The position numbers and the translations under genes are program-made. From assembly GCA_002633005.1 (NCBI GenBank), contig NMRA01000183.1, positions 504,028 to 565,493 on the forward strand: a stretch of DNA of 61,466 nucleotides, written 5' to 3'. Positions 1-12,400 of the stretch are shown here, piece after piece. Positions within the stretch are counted from its first letter, which is position 1. Every line of letters begins with the position of its first letter. A model generated the notes under the pieces. It did no database searches and was not told the origin of the DNA. It saw only the letters and a list, made by a program, of their open reading frames with translations. This DNA is from Phoronis australis (taxonomy: Eukaryota; Animalia; Phoronida).

Positions 1-49
1 GGGGGGGGGGGCCGGGCCCCCTGGGCCCCCCCCCCTAAATCCGCCTATG
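1..49. mobile_element. Right terminus of a GGCGGAT(C/T)TAG-TIR MITE
   Basis: GGGCCCCCCCCCTAAATCCGCCTATG matches the right end of the MITE at 2925-3081. Confidence 0.55.
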
Positions 50-1790
50 TACAAAGCAACGGAGAACTATCGAGTGTGTGGCAAACATTTTCTACCGTCT
101 CATTACGAAAAAGGTGTGTATGCCGAATTAATTGGTGAAGGTTCCTGCAAAACAACGTTGTTGATTCCCGGCGAAGTCTCGTCGCCATCCAGGAGAAGTG
201 CATTTTTGAAGCGAGAAGCTGTGGCCTCTACAACTGGAGGTCCTACATCTACTGTTACCCGTACCTCCGAACGTTCTAGGGGTACGGTACCCCTAGAACG
301 TGCAATTGCGGGAGCTAGCTGTGATTCACCCTCATTACGGCGTCTTCACGTTGATTCCATCTTGCTCGATTTTATAGCCCAACAACAAGTTGGGAAGATG
401 ACCTCTGTAGCCAATATCTTACACGACTGATAACTCCATTCTGGCATTTATGGTTGGAGGGCCAGCTCTCCTTTGTTAGATAATTACTTTGATTTCCAAT
501 ATGATCGTGCTGTTGAAAATAAAATTTAAGTTATAACATTTTTTAACATAAGCCGCTAGCATTTCTGAATTCAACGTCAACTGCTGATCATGTTTAATTC
601 ACGAATCGACAAAATCGCTCAACTACAACCAAAGTTACTGCAAAATATTCTTTCGGAACGTAAATTCGCTCTGGGTTTGACTGTGTTCACGCGTGGCCTG
701 TAATAAGCCTGGTAGACTCTGAGTAACTGGCCTGCCTAGCTGTTGTTATACCAGACTCAAGACTGCTGGGCAGTTAGAAAAGGAGCTAGATGTTATCACA
801 CACTCACAACCCCCTACGGATGGTGAAAGTCACGGAACGAGAGCACGCCGTAACATGTGCCGGTGTTGTCTTCAGCCCAGAGCCTGTAAGCAGTCCTGCA
901 GCGATGTTGTGTAGTGGGGAAGAAAGCAGGTCCAGTTCATCACCCAGTGAGGAGGACAGTTCGTCGTCCAGTCAACAGGCCGGTGAGCCACACTTTGATA
1001 AGGTTATTGTGGATTTGACTACGGTATTGGGGCTGTTTAGAAGGTGTCAAGTGCATGTATGGCGAGGGAGTCGCACTGACATGGCGGTATGTAAGCGGTT
1101 TGAGTGCCCCGGTCATCATCCAGTGGGAACAGCATAGACAAGTTGCACAACAGCGCATAACGTGCATTTGGTACTAGTCCCACCACGTCTGTCCTCATTC
1201 TCTGTCTCATCCCACTCAACAGCTGTCTGGCGTATTCTGCCTCACTATATACACTGTACTCGGGCTCAAACATATATCCACCCACTGCCTGTCCGTGAAA
1301 ATTTCATAATTCCTCGTCAACACTGCTATAAAGCATGTCTCGGTCACTAACGTCACTGTGTCTGTGATATGGGTAGACGACTCTAGCCATTTTCAGGCCA
1401 GGCCTACTGCAAACTAAACGATCCCTAAGTGCAACGTAATTGAGTTCTCTAACAACCCAACTTGTTGTAGAGTACTCGTCGATGGAAAGAGGTAACGAGA
1501 AATTTTAGGAAACCAGCACGAAAACAACACCAGAATATATTCTCACAGTAAACTCAAACGCAGAAACAAAATGGCAGGAAATTCTTAACACCATAAACGT
1601 CACTTCCGGATTAGGCCGCGGCTCATGAATAAAATTAAGGGGAAGCCTACATTTACTGAAACATATGTCTGCGATAATTAACGAACCGTGTTTTTATTAA
1701 AACTGACTTGAAAATGGGTAGATATTTTGCTTGTGTATCAGTGTGATGATGTTGCATGGAAAAACGGCTCAGTTACTGGGAATGCCTAAC
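47..1790 (+). pseudogene. Degenerate DNA-transposon fossil with a partial THAP zinc finger (Kolobok/P-like)
   Basis: ORF 47-430 has YRVCGKHF, the C-terminal CxxHF part of the THAP C2CH motif. Downstream broken frames read KVIVDLTTVLGLFRRCQ...FECPGHH and ASLYTLYSGSN, resembling THAP-associated transposase regions. Multiple stops and frameshifts; the right boundary is uncertain. Confidence 0.45.
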
Positions 1791-2924
1791 AATCGACGGT
1801 GTTACCATATAAACAACTGATTATCACACCTGGCTCAGCTACCACTCTCAGCGATGACAGTGAATACCAGAGATTCCAAATACTGATGGTTTGTTGTAAA
1901 GCTGACCTGAGGGATGCTGTGGAGACAGTTTGGGCACACACAACTGTTGCGAGTTCGGGGTATAGGTAGCGCTGGTACATGTACATGTAACTACGCTAGG
2001 ACCTCGCTAAAGTCTGGCCAAAATTACGAGTTATCGTTTCAAATACACACTAATTAGGAATCTCGCGAATACTCCTGAACTCTACCCAGTAATAGTGCCT
2101 TAGATAAAAGCATGAAAGTTTTGAGACATCCAGTTGAGAAAGATTGCCGCGTCGTCTGCATCGCTACAGCCAGAACAATAATAACATCACTAGCCGAGCT
2201 GAAGTCCGCGAGAGGACGCAACGTCGCTAACTCAAGTAAACAAATTCCGATATTTGATTCAATTTTTTGTATTATTTAATAGTGCCCTAGCTTCGTGACC
2301 TTTAACCTATCCGTACGTCATGCGTTCTTATTACTGGTTAGAGTGAGTAAATGTCATGGCGATATGCGTCACCTAGCGGATCAAGAACATTACAAATTTC
2401 TAGCGATGTTCACAAAAATGTGAACGTGTAATACATAGCCAAGTGCTCAAGTTTCTACGATGTCCAAAGAAATTGTAAAAGGAAAAGAGGAATGGCAGAC
2501 TAAAAGGACTTATTTCCCCTTGTTAGTGATTATTTCTTTTAATTTCACAACTGTTACACAACATTGTCTTGTCTTTCCAGGACAAAAAATACACGATTTG
2601 TGTCGTCTGTCATTTTTTCACTTCACCACAAGGTCAGTTGAAATGTTGACTTACAATTACAATAGTCACAATAGTGCGGCTCACGTTAAAGCAAATTCCA
2701 GAGAATTTGACGTCATTTTAGCGAAGTGTTGGAGTCTAACTCATTCGATAACTAGATGCCACTAACTTAAATGTAAAAATTTCACGCTGTCGAATATAGA
2801 TTACTGAAACCGGTACATGTAGCTGACGCCAAAACAATTCATAGGTATGCACAGTCTGTCTACATTGCTACTGATCCCCCATGAGGGGTCAGCATCTCAA
2901 TCGAGGTCAATAATTAGGAGGTTA

Positions 2925-3081
2925 CAGGGGCGGATCTAGGATTTTGAATTAGGGGGGCAGGGCGGAGTCAGTATTAGCCAGGATTTTGCCTGTCAGTCAT
3001 TCGTATCCCCGAACTGCCCAATGGAATCTGGGACAATGTTAGGGGGCATGGCCCCCTTGGTCCCCTCTAAATCCGCCACTG
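2925..3081. mobile_element. Complete short MITE (157 bp) with TIRs and a flanking direct repeat
   Basis: Left TIR CAGGGGCGGATCTAG; right TIR CTAAATCCGCCACTG (reverse complement CAGTGGCGGATTTAG). GGTTA flanks both sides (2920-2924, 3082-3086). A related lone left end lies at ~5899 and a lone right end at ~23060-23087. Confidence 0.75.
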
Positions 3082-6000
3082 GGTTAGGATACGGTGTGTT
3101 CCTTTTCTGAATCGTTGGTCAATAGACTTACACAATCGATCGACCAGCTAACCAAATGTATTGATTTGATAGTCTCAAACTATCTGTGCGAGGGCCGGCC
3201 TATATCAAAAAGCAGCACAATCACCTCTGATCAAAATCAATATTCAGATACATCAGTCTTTGAACGAGAGAAACCCTCCAAATATGTTAGAGTACGGAAA
3301 TAACTGTAGTTACATGTAGTCACAGATACTGTACAATCAATTATTTTGCCGGGGAACTTTCACTCTCTTGTTCATGTCGTCAGTGACCAGAGTGAGCTAT
3401 TATTCTCGACAATACAGTGAGACTATGCTGAGTTCAAACCTTTGACTTGCATAAGTTGTGCTTCGGGCGATTCTTGCCTGTGAATGTGATGCGGATATTT
3501 TTATAAACTACCGGGCAGATTTCTCGCCGTTATTGTTGGAAACCGTTCAGTGATAAATTACTTTATAATTGGCGCAGACTCGGAGATCAAAACGCAAGCC
3601 TGACTCTATGCGTCGGTGGTAGTACGAGAGTTTGGATTGCCCTCCTCCTGGGAGTATATTGGTCCTAGCCCTCCACACACCCTTCTTCGCGAGCACACGA
3701 CTAAACTGGTAATGAGACAGTGGAATTTTACGACTTAGCCCTCGGCACAGCAATTTGCGAGTTAGCCGTGCCCTCTGTAGAGCGCGGGGCACCAGCCTGT
3801 GGTTTAATGCGGCATTCAACCCGTCCACAATGGCAAATTGATTTACATCACAGGCGGTTATGAAATTCGACTCAAGTTATTCATAAGTCAAAGTAGAACG
3901 TTGGATTGGTTATAATTTCTTCACAGCAGACTCGTGATGATCTACAGGTTTGACGCCTTCACAGTTCCTAGTCCAAAGACCACTTCTAAACTGAGTAAAG
4001 AACCAGGGAAGATCAACTTTATAACGCTAAGTCGTTGTTTTACCAAAAGTAATGCTCTGATACAGTCGTTGTTTTACCAAAATTACTGCCCTGATACAGT
4101 CGTTGTTTTACCCAAAGTACTGCCTTCATACCGCTTTAACAGCGTTTTATGTTGTTGTGTTCATTCAGGTGCATTTCCTGCTCTACATTTTTCTTCTGGC
4201 TAGCTTGGTTCCTTCCTCAGACATCAGTATAGCACCAACCAGGAGCTATGGAACGCCTCTAGTCTGAGATAATTAAGAACTGGGGGTCATGAGATAACAG
4301 GCAATCAAAAAGGGGCAAATTGGTGTATTCAATACAAAACACGAATTTTTCTGAGAGTCAAAGAGCGTGCAAGACGAGTTTGAAGAATAACATAGCGCCA
4401 ATCTCATTGTGCAGCAAGTAGTAGACCTACAGCTGTTGTTTTTACATGTACAGGGTACGTTTCAGTATACAGTAGGCCTGGTGCAGAATTTTGCGTTGCG
4501 CTCAAGGTACCTGTCTGACCAAGTAGGTGAAAGAATCAATACGCAACAGATCTTATTAGCAATGGAACAACTGTTGTTTAGAAAATAGATTCTGTCTAAC
4601 ACTTACCCGCTGAAGACGTTTCAGCAACAAGCTCAAGGATAAAGAAGAGAAGGGTGCTCACGTTACTAGTCATCATTGTCGTCGTCTAACTTCAGAAACT
4701 TTCTGAAAATTAAAAAAGATTTATGCATTAAACGATTTAAACGTGGTATTTGTTTAAATTACATGCACACACGTGAACATAAAAACACGTTATATATAAA
4801 ATGAAAAAATGCTGTCAGGGTCCATTTCCTGCAATGCAACCAGGTGACCTGAAACGATTGTGGTCGTTTTTATTTCACATTTATACGTAAATGCAATGCA
4901 ATAACAACCAAACTTAAATGAAACAAACAAATCATCCTAACTGAAATCTTAAATATTTGAGGGCTGTGCTTCGTTTTTTAAGTTGGTAGCGAAAGGTAGC
5001 CTCATCGGGCTCAGCGTTGCTTTCAGTGAGGGCCCATGATACATCTTGTTACCTCTTGCACACAGAATGCTTCAGTTCCTACATAGAGGCCTTAGGCGAG
5101 GTGCAATGTTCGCAGTCACTCATCCGACACAGGAGTCGAATCCGGGCCTCGGCTATAAATAGTTTGCTCGTAATTGATAATTTTGATTGATGCTATACTA
5201 ACTACAGTTAAAGCTAACTCTATACAAAAATAATATGACAGAAAACATGTACGTGGTTGAGTATGGATTTAACAATAGATGCAACACAGAGTGCAGGTCT
5301 GTGGGTACATGTGTAATACTGTTGCATAATGCACCAAAGTCAATGAAGTTTTTATCAATTAAATATCCATCAACAAGTCCTAGCCGTGTAGGATTTCAAC
5401 TAAATTGTTTGTGTTTATTCACAGCAAAGTGCCGTGAAAGTGCACCGCTGGTTATCATCAACTCAAGTTCATTTACACATTCACTCAAGGGAAAATCAAT
5501 AAGCATTAAAATCTCAGAGAAAAGTAACATATATAGGCATTGCATTAGCTACAATCACCAAGCCAACTCTGTTAGTATTATCTGCAGAGAACCTAATAAG
5601 GAGTAACTGTACATTTAAGAGTCATTTCAGAACCAGCACGCCACTGATTCTCTGAATGACATGCAGAGCTCAGTGACCCTACAGCTATGGTGGTGACCAG
5701 CAACTGACTATTCTATGTATCTCTCACTTCACTCTGTGGATGTTACCTGAGCTGTATGTTGGCACTTGTTGTCCTAAATTGTTGTAAATATGATCCTGAT
5801 CATGTCTAATGAAAAGACGAAACGTTGAATATTGAACATGAACTTTTTATTTGTGAGGCGCTCGTCCGGTTTTTAACATTAAAATCTCGAAACTAAGGCA
5901 GGGGCGGATCCAGGACAAAGAGGAACAACCGTTTTATGAATGTCTACATAGTACGGACCAAGTTAATGAAGACTAAAATTTTCGTAATCTTTTTGTTGAA

Positions 6001-6779
6001 AAATTTGGTAAATTAAGGTCCCACCTGTCAGTCACGTTGTGCAATGAATAAGTAAAGATCTGAAGCCCAGTTTTGTTTTGGTAAAGTGGCTTGACTACGT
6101 CGAGTTAGTTGAAAGTGATGCATTTGGGGTTCTCTCGGAAATCTCCGGTATTGTTATTGCAGCAATGATGAACTTGACCGGACGGAAATGAACTTATGAA
6201 CTTACAAACAAGTTGATTATGTAACTGACTTCATTTGTTTCCGATATGTTTGCACAGACAGTTCAATCCTTTGAAGTATAATTAGTGGATCAGGTGTAAT
6301 TATGCATTTTTAATTATTTTTACCACATAACATTGCTACATGTATTCCTGTTATTTCCAAGGCGGTATAATACCAATAATTGTGTACCTCGTTTTAACGA
6401 GTTAAAACTTTCCAGGGTTTAGGCAGCAAGGGAACCGACAATAAAGTAGGCATTTTGTCTTCTGGATCAATGCCCAGTGTTATATGTCTGTAATACAAAA
6501 GATTTTTTGAAAAATATAAATTGGTGTTTCGGGACATGACTCAAAGATTCCAGACAGGCAACCGGGGAACGGGATTTTGCCAAAAGAAAAGTTACCGAAT
6601 TTATTCGTATAATTTAACGTGTATCATGGTGCATCCAGAGGCATATATTACTGTTAAAAAGTTAAGCATGAACTTCAAAAATCGCTCAAACTTCTGTTCA
6701 CAATTGCCAGTACATGTACAATGCCTCGAGTACCTTCAAGAGGTCTGGAATGCGAATAAAAATTTAAATTGCAGTCTTC

Positions 6780-6969
6780 CATGCGCGCACCCGGCCTTTA
6801 ATATCCGGAGGCTCGAATTTCTTACGATGTGGACCTTTTACCGACAAAAGATCCCAAGGACTAAAAAAAAAAAAAAAAAAAAAANNNNNNNNNNNNNNNN
6901 NNNNNNNNNNNNNNNNNNNNNNNNNNNGGGGGGGGGGCTCATTCGAGCCCCCTCCCCTGGGTGCGCATG
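6780..6969. mobile_element. MITE-like element spanning an assembly gap
   Basis: Left end CATGCGCGCACCC and right end GGGTGCGCATG are inverted. Poly-A and poly-G tracts flank the N run at 6885-6927. Confidence 0.5.
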
Positions 6970-9483
6970 TATTCAAAGTCTCTCTCTCTCAATGAAACGG
7001 AATTCGACTTGCTAATTAGGTATTTACAGGTTGTTATTAAAGATTTAATTTGAATTTCTGCCTGGGTCAAAGCATTTTTCTTTTAGTTTCAAAATTCAAA
7101 AAAATGATCTGTCAACTGCTTGCTACTTCGTCGATTGTTTGCCCAAAATGCAAAGCGTGTCTGCTTATTTGGTACGGCAAAAGAGGTAGCACAGTTCTCT
7201 TATTGGGAAAGTGAGACCTTTGAAGTAAATAAAACAATGACGACTTCAAAAACAGGCGCTCAGATTAAGAGGCAAATGAAGTACGTCCTAAATGTTTAAA
7301 TTAGCTAAAAAGTTATCGTAGTATTCAAGTATCATATGATTCTAAAATGCTCTTGGAATTATTTCTGGAAAATTGCTCAATTCACTGGCTTAATTACATC
7401 CTTCATTGGCCACAGTACGATTAGAAAACGGACTGGCTTGCCTCACGCTGTGATGTCACCTCAGACTCCAGTGCATCACACATGATAACATGTCTTCAAT
7501 ATCCATCTTTATCAGTCAGCTGTTTGTCAAATCATTGTGAACGGATCCGCGCATTTATCATAAGTGAGAGGGAGATTAGAAACTCTGTGGTTACAACAGA
7601 GTTGTTCTTGTGTCATGGTCTACATAAGGCCAATAGATTTTACAAATACCATGCCAACAGGCTGATTTATAACAGCACAATTATCGACAACAGTAGTTGT
7701 AAAATTCAACTTTACAGAATTCCATTCAACAGAACTCAGTGGGCAATAGCAACTTGACATGTATTCCTTTAGGTCTCTTGTTGCATGAATTTATACTCTA
7801 GTGCACCTTAGGAATTCTGGTAAATGAATAGTTTTGCGTGTTGAATTTTCCAATAGCTAAGCATTTCTTTACAAAAACAGGGCAGCAACAGAAAAAACAC
7901 CAAGTCCATCAATAAAAGTAACATATTGTTTTATTTACATTTTATCATGTGGTCCAATAGTCTGATTTTAACGAGATGAATTTTTACTAAGAATAATTAG
8001 ATGACATTGTAAAGTATTAGCTTTTCAGCAAATAGTTTCAAATTGAAAAAAATCTAGTGCAACTTCTTTATGTGATTTTAAGGCTGTTCTTGTAATATTT
8101 AACCATTTTAAAGTTCCTAAGTGAAAGTAATTACAGTGTTAGATCCGCGGTTATTTTTATTGGCTGAAAAGTTGTAATTTCATGGGTGTGACGGACGTAC
8201 AACGGACGCACAAATTTGCCGTATGTCTGTCACGCAATTGCTGACTTAATGATAATCCTTGGATCTAAAATTTTGATCCACAGTTTTGAGTAGAACAATT
8301 TTAAATCGACTAATTTTTTAGCATTTTTTTGTGATGGCACGGGGCACCATGATATCCAGGAGTTGACCATTGACTCCACACAGTTGATGATGTGCCAACA
8401 ATGACATGTTATTTTTATAAAGTTTGGGCTTCATGTGATTGCACAAATTGGATAATGTAGTGAACTATTCATAATTAGCTTATTTATGGCAATAATTAGC
8501 AACTCACATGAAAATGGAGATTGGTACTCGAAATTATTTTTGTCAATTTCTGTTCTTCTTTTGTGCAAACTCAGTGTCTATTGTTCTACAGGGATAACCC
8601 TTTAATCCTAGAGTGCACTTCCCGACTCCAGCATGTATTTGTGCTCGAGTCAATCTTGTAGCACGAATACAGGCGGCATTAAGTACTAACTTGGACTAGA
8701 CACTCACCTGCATAAACCATATTGAACTGGACCACAGGTTAATAGACACTTATATTGAGTTCCACAAAGTAGAACAAAAAAAACAAAAGTAATTTCGAGT
8801 TCGATTTCGAGTAAAAGATTAGATCCTGGCCCAGAAATGTTAGTCACAATTAATTTTTTGTCTCTAGGTTGACCTTTTCACGGAATTGCCCCAATGAAAT
8901 TCTGTAAGTTAACACTGCACCAAACTATTGTGAACTTCTGGCCAAGATTATTTGGTAGTTAAATCAAACATTTAATATGGCAATAAAGTAACTTTTCTAA
9001 GTTGAAATTCACCCACAGGTTAAAGTGACGCTATTCTGGTGAGTCACTAATTACTTAAGTGGTCACCAATAATTACGTATAAGTGGTCACGATGTTGTCA
9101 AAGTGAGTGAACCGACATGGGCTGACAGTTTGTCAACATTTACCCAGAACTGAAAATGAGTGTCGTTGAAAAGAAATGGATATTAAGTCGCGGTTTTGTG
9201 CATCGACATTAACTTTTAAAACTGCTGTATGAACAAGACTCGGACAGCTATGCTTAAATTAATTACAATACAACTGTTAATGGTGAGATCCATTGAAAGT
9301 TCTCATACAATTCTTTATGTTCATTAAGCAGGGACAACATTGAAAAAACAAATCAATTACATGTATGACACTAATACTTCCTAAAGTATCTTATGTTCAA
9401 CTTGGTCTACAACTCTGATATCTCGTTACTACGGTAGCACTTTTGATTTATGTAATAAATATCCTCTACTATTTCTTACAGTT

Positions 9484-12400
9484 TCATCTCTGTGCCACAT
9501 ATTTAGTATGACGTCCATGAACTAATACATCGCCAGTTTCTTTGTTTAAAACGTCTACACTTAGAAAAGCCAATGTCTTGCCAAGTTTGACTGTGCTGGA
9601 GTCGATCACAATGGTATCACCGGCCTTTGCAGCTTTCATGAACCTGGTAAGACAAAAAAGTTACCTCAACATTCACCCATATTTAGAGTAGTTCATGCAG
9701 ACATTTTTGAGAAATACGCTTCACATTTAAATGAAGAATCAGAGTAAATGATGGATTCAAAATTACAGCAAAGAAAAAGATAGTATAACAAGACAATGGA
9801 TTCATCAATAAAATATAAGAAACAAATGTTAAGGAAATCAAATGGAAGTCCTATAATATGTGCTCTAATGGAATAAGGAAATGTACAGCATCAAGTCAGG
9901 TATGATAAGGAAGTAGCATGGACAATGGTATCAGTGTCCACTTCCTTTACTCAAGATTGTGGCTTACAGTCTTTCTGCTATACCCGTGAGTCGGATCACT
10001 AGCTCCTCAGCTTGGTTTTAAGATACACATTAATAATGCATGAAAATGGCTCCAGGCCAACAGTGCAATGGGCCCACATCATTGACCTGTATACACCTGG
10101 TATTGACCTGTATACACCTGGTATTGACCTGTATACACCTGGTATATTGTGTACCAGACCACCTACAATTATTGAAATTCCTTTTTAGGTATCATGGAAA
10201 TCAAAGAACATCCTAAAAGCTTCACACAATGTTATCCCTGAGTCATGTTTTAGGGCAGAACCCATTGTAGTTTTTCAAATGGTGATTTTAAGCATGCATG
10301 ATAACACTGTACATGTACATGGTAACAGTGTACATCAACTTAATGACTTACCGGTAGTGAGAATCGTGTTTGACTTGAAATTGAAATCAAGACAAGGTAA
10401 TCAGTTTGTATGCCATAAGCAAGGTAGCATGATTGAAGAAAAATCTCCATAGATAGATGTAGTCGTTTTTATGAATTTTACACACATTACACAAACAAAG
10501 TGATGTAACCCAATTCTCCACCAAGACAAAACAAGGTTATGCAAGGTAGATTGTAATGGGTTATCGCATTACTGTTGTATTTGGAAGAAATGGGCAAAAC
10601 AAATTGATTAATTTGAATAAGCATGGTGGCATAATATGAAATAATATTATAAAAAATTGCACTTAGTGTGAAGTCAATCTGTCAAATGCAACCCGGCAAA
10701 ATTCCTAGGTCTCCAATTTGGAACTGAGGTCAACAATGCAAGGGGTAGACTTACACCATTTCTAAAATAAAATGAACACAAGAGTAAATCAAGGATCCCC
10801 AATGACACTTACGTAACATTTAAGTCCACAGACACACCAGGTGGCGCTCCTTCATTAGACATTAAAGCTATAGTGGAGATACTGTCAATGAGTGTTGACG
10901 TGAGTCCGCCATGTAATGTCCCTCCCAAATTCAAATGGTCCTCTTCAACCTTCATCTCACACACACAATGACCAGGTTTGCCTTCAACTACCTTGACCTA
11001 AAACAAGAGCAACATGGAGCAGTAATATGTGCCCACCATGTACATCACATATAGCACAGATACAAAAAAAGATAACATTCTAACCTTTACCACTTCGGTA
11101 TGATGCGCAGACACATAAATACACAAATTACTTTGGGGGATCAACAGCCTCTTCTACCAAAATCATAAGTTTTTGTGAAAGCTTGTATAGTCAATCACTG
11201 AATAATTTGTAGCCATTGGGTATTTAGAATAATTCAGGGGCTCAATTTGTTAGTGGGCGAGAGAATCTAATTTGCCAACAACTAAGATTCTGCTTTCTCA
11301 TATCAGACTTGTCAACAGTTTTCAAAAATCTGTGATACATGGTTGAACTACAGCACTTTTAGATTTTTATAAAAAGAAATGGACTTCTGATAATTTGCAA
11401 TGCATAACTTCAAAATTTAGGGTCAGATTAACATTTCTAGCTGTTTATCAGATTGTCCATTATTAGTCATTCGTAACTTAGGTAAATGTAAACTTGCATG
11501 GATTCTTTTTAAAGTGTTGTATGAAATGATAACTGTAACTTCATTATCATACCTGACAATTTTTATGTGCCAAATGTGCGAGTTGAGATAACTTTATTAG
11601 TAAATGTATGTAACAAAATCTTGATCGGCCACGTTAAGGACTTCCATTTTTATAACTATGGCAAATTTAACAAGAGCAACGCAGAGCGTTGAAATGTGCC
11701 CACGAATGCATTGCAAATGGTGTACTTTTAGGGTCATTTATTTGTATCATAAAAATGGCCACTAGATGGCTCAAAAACGTACAATCCATCAAAAAACTGG
11801 AACATGCCACATTTCATAAAAATGTGTCAAGAAACTTCAGAAAAACAAAGGAAAACAGATTAAAATGAAATTGTCACTTAAGTGGGGCATAGTATGAATG
11901 TACATGCCAATTTTCATAACCATTCTTCCAGCGCTTTGGTTGATAGAGGGGTGGACACAAAAAACAAGACTCGAAAACAGAAAAATGGCCACTAGGTGGC
12001 GCAAACTACGTCGCATCCATCCGAAAACGGGAGAACAACACCATCTCACTAATACGTGCCTACATATCGAATTTTATGAAAATCCGTTGAAGACTTTTAA
12101 AGATAAAGAGGTAAACATAAAACACTAAAAGTGTCACTAGGGGGCACACCGGTAGTCGCATTTGTCCGAAAGTCGTCGTCACCTGTTGTCAACGTCATAT
12201 AAAGACACTTTCTAAATTTAGTAATGATCCCTCAAACGGTTTAGGAGATACAGCCATATGCGCAAAATAAAACAAAACTGCCACTAGGAGGCGCCACAGT
12301 AGTTCAAATCATCGGAAAATCACCGTCAGCTGTCCACTTCACAGTAAGAACATACATGCCAATTTTCACAATCATCCTTTAAGCGGTTTGGTTGATAAAG

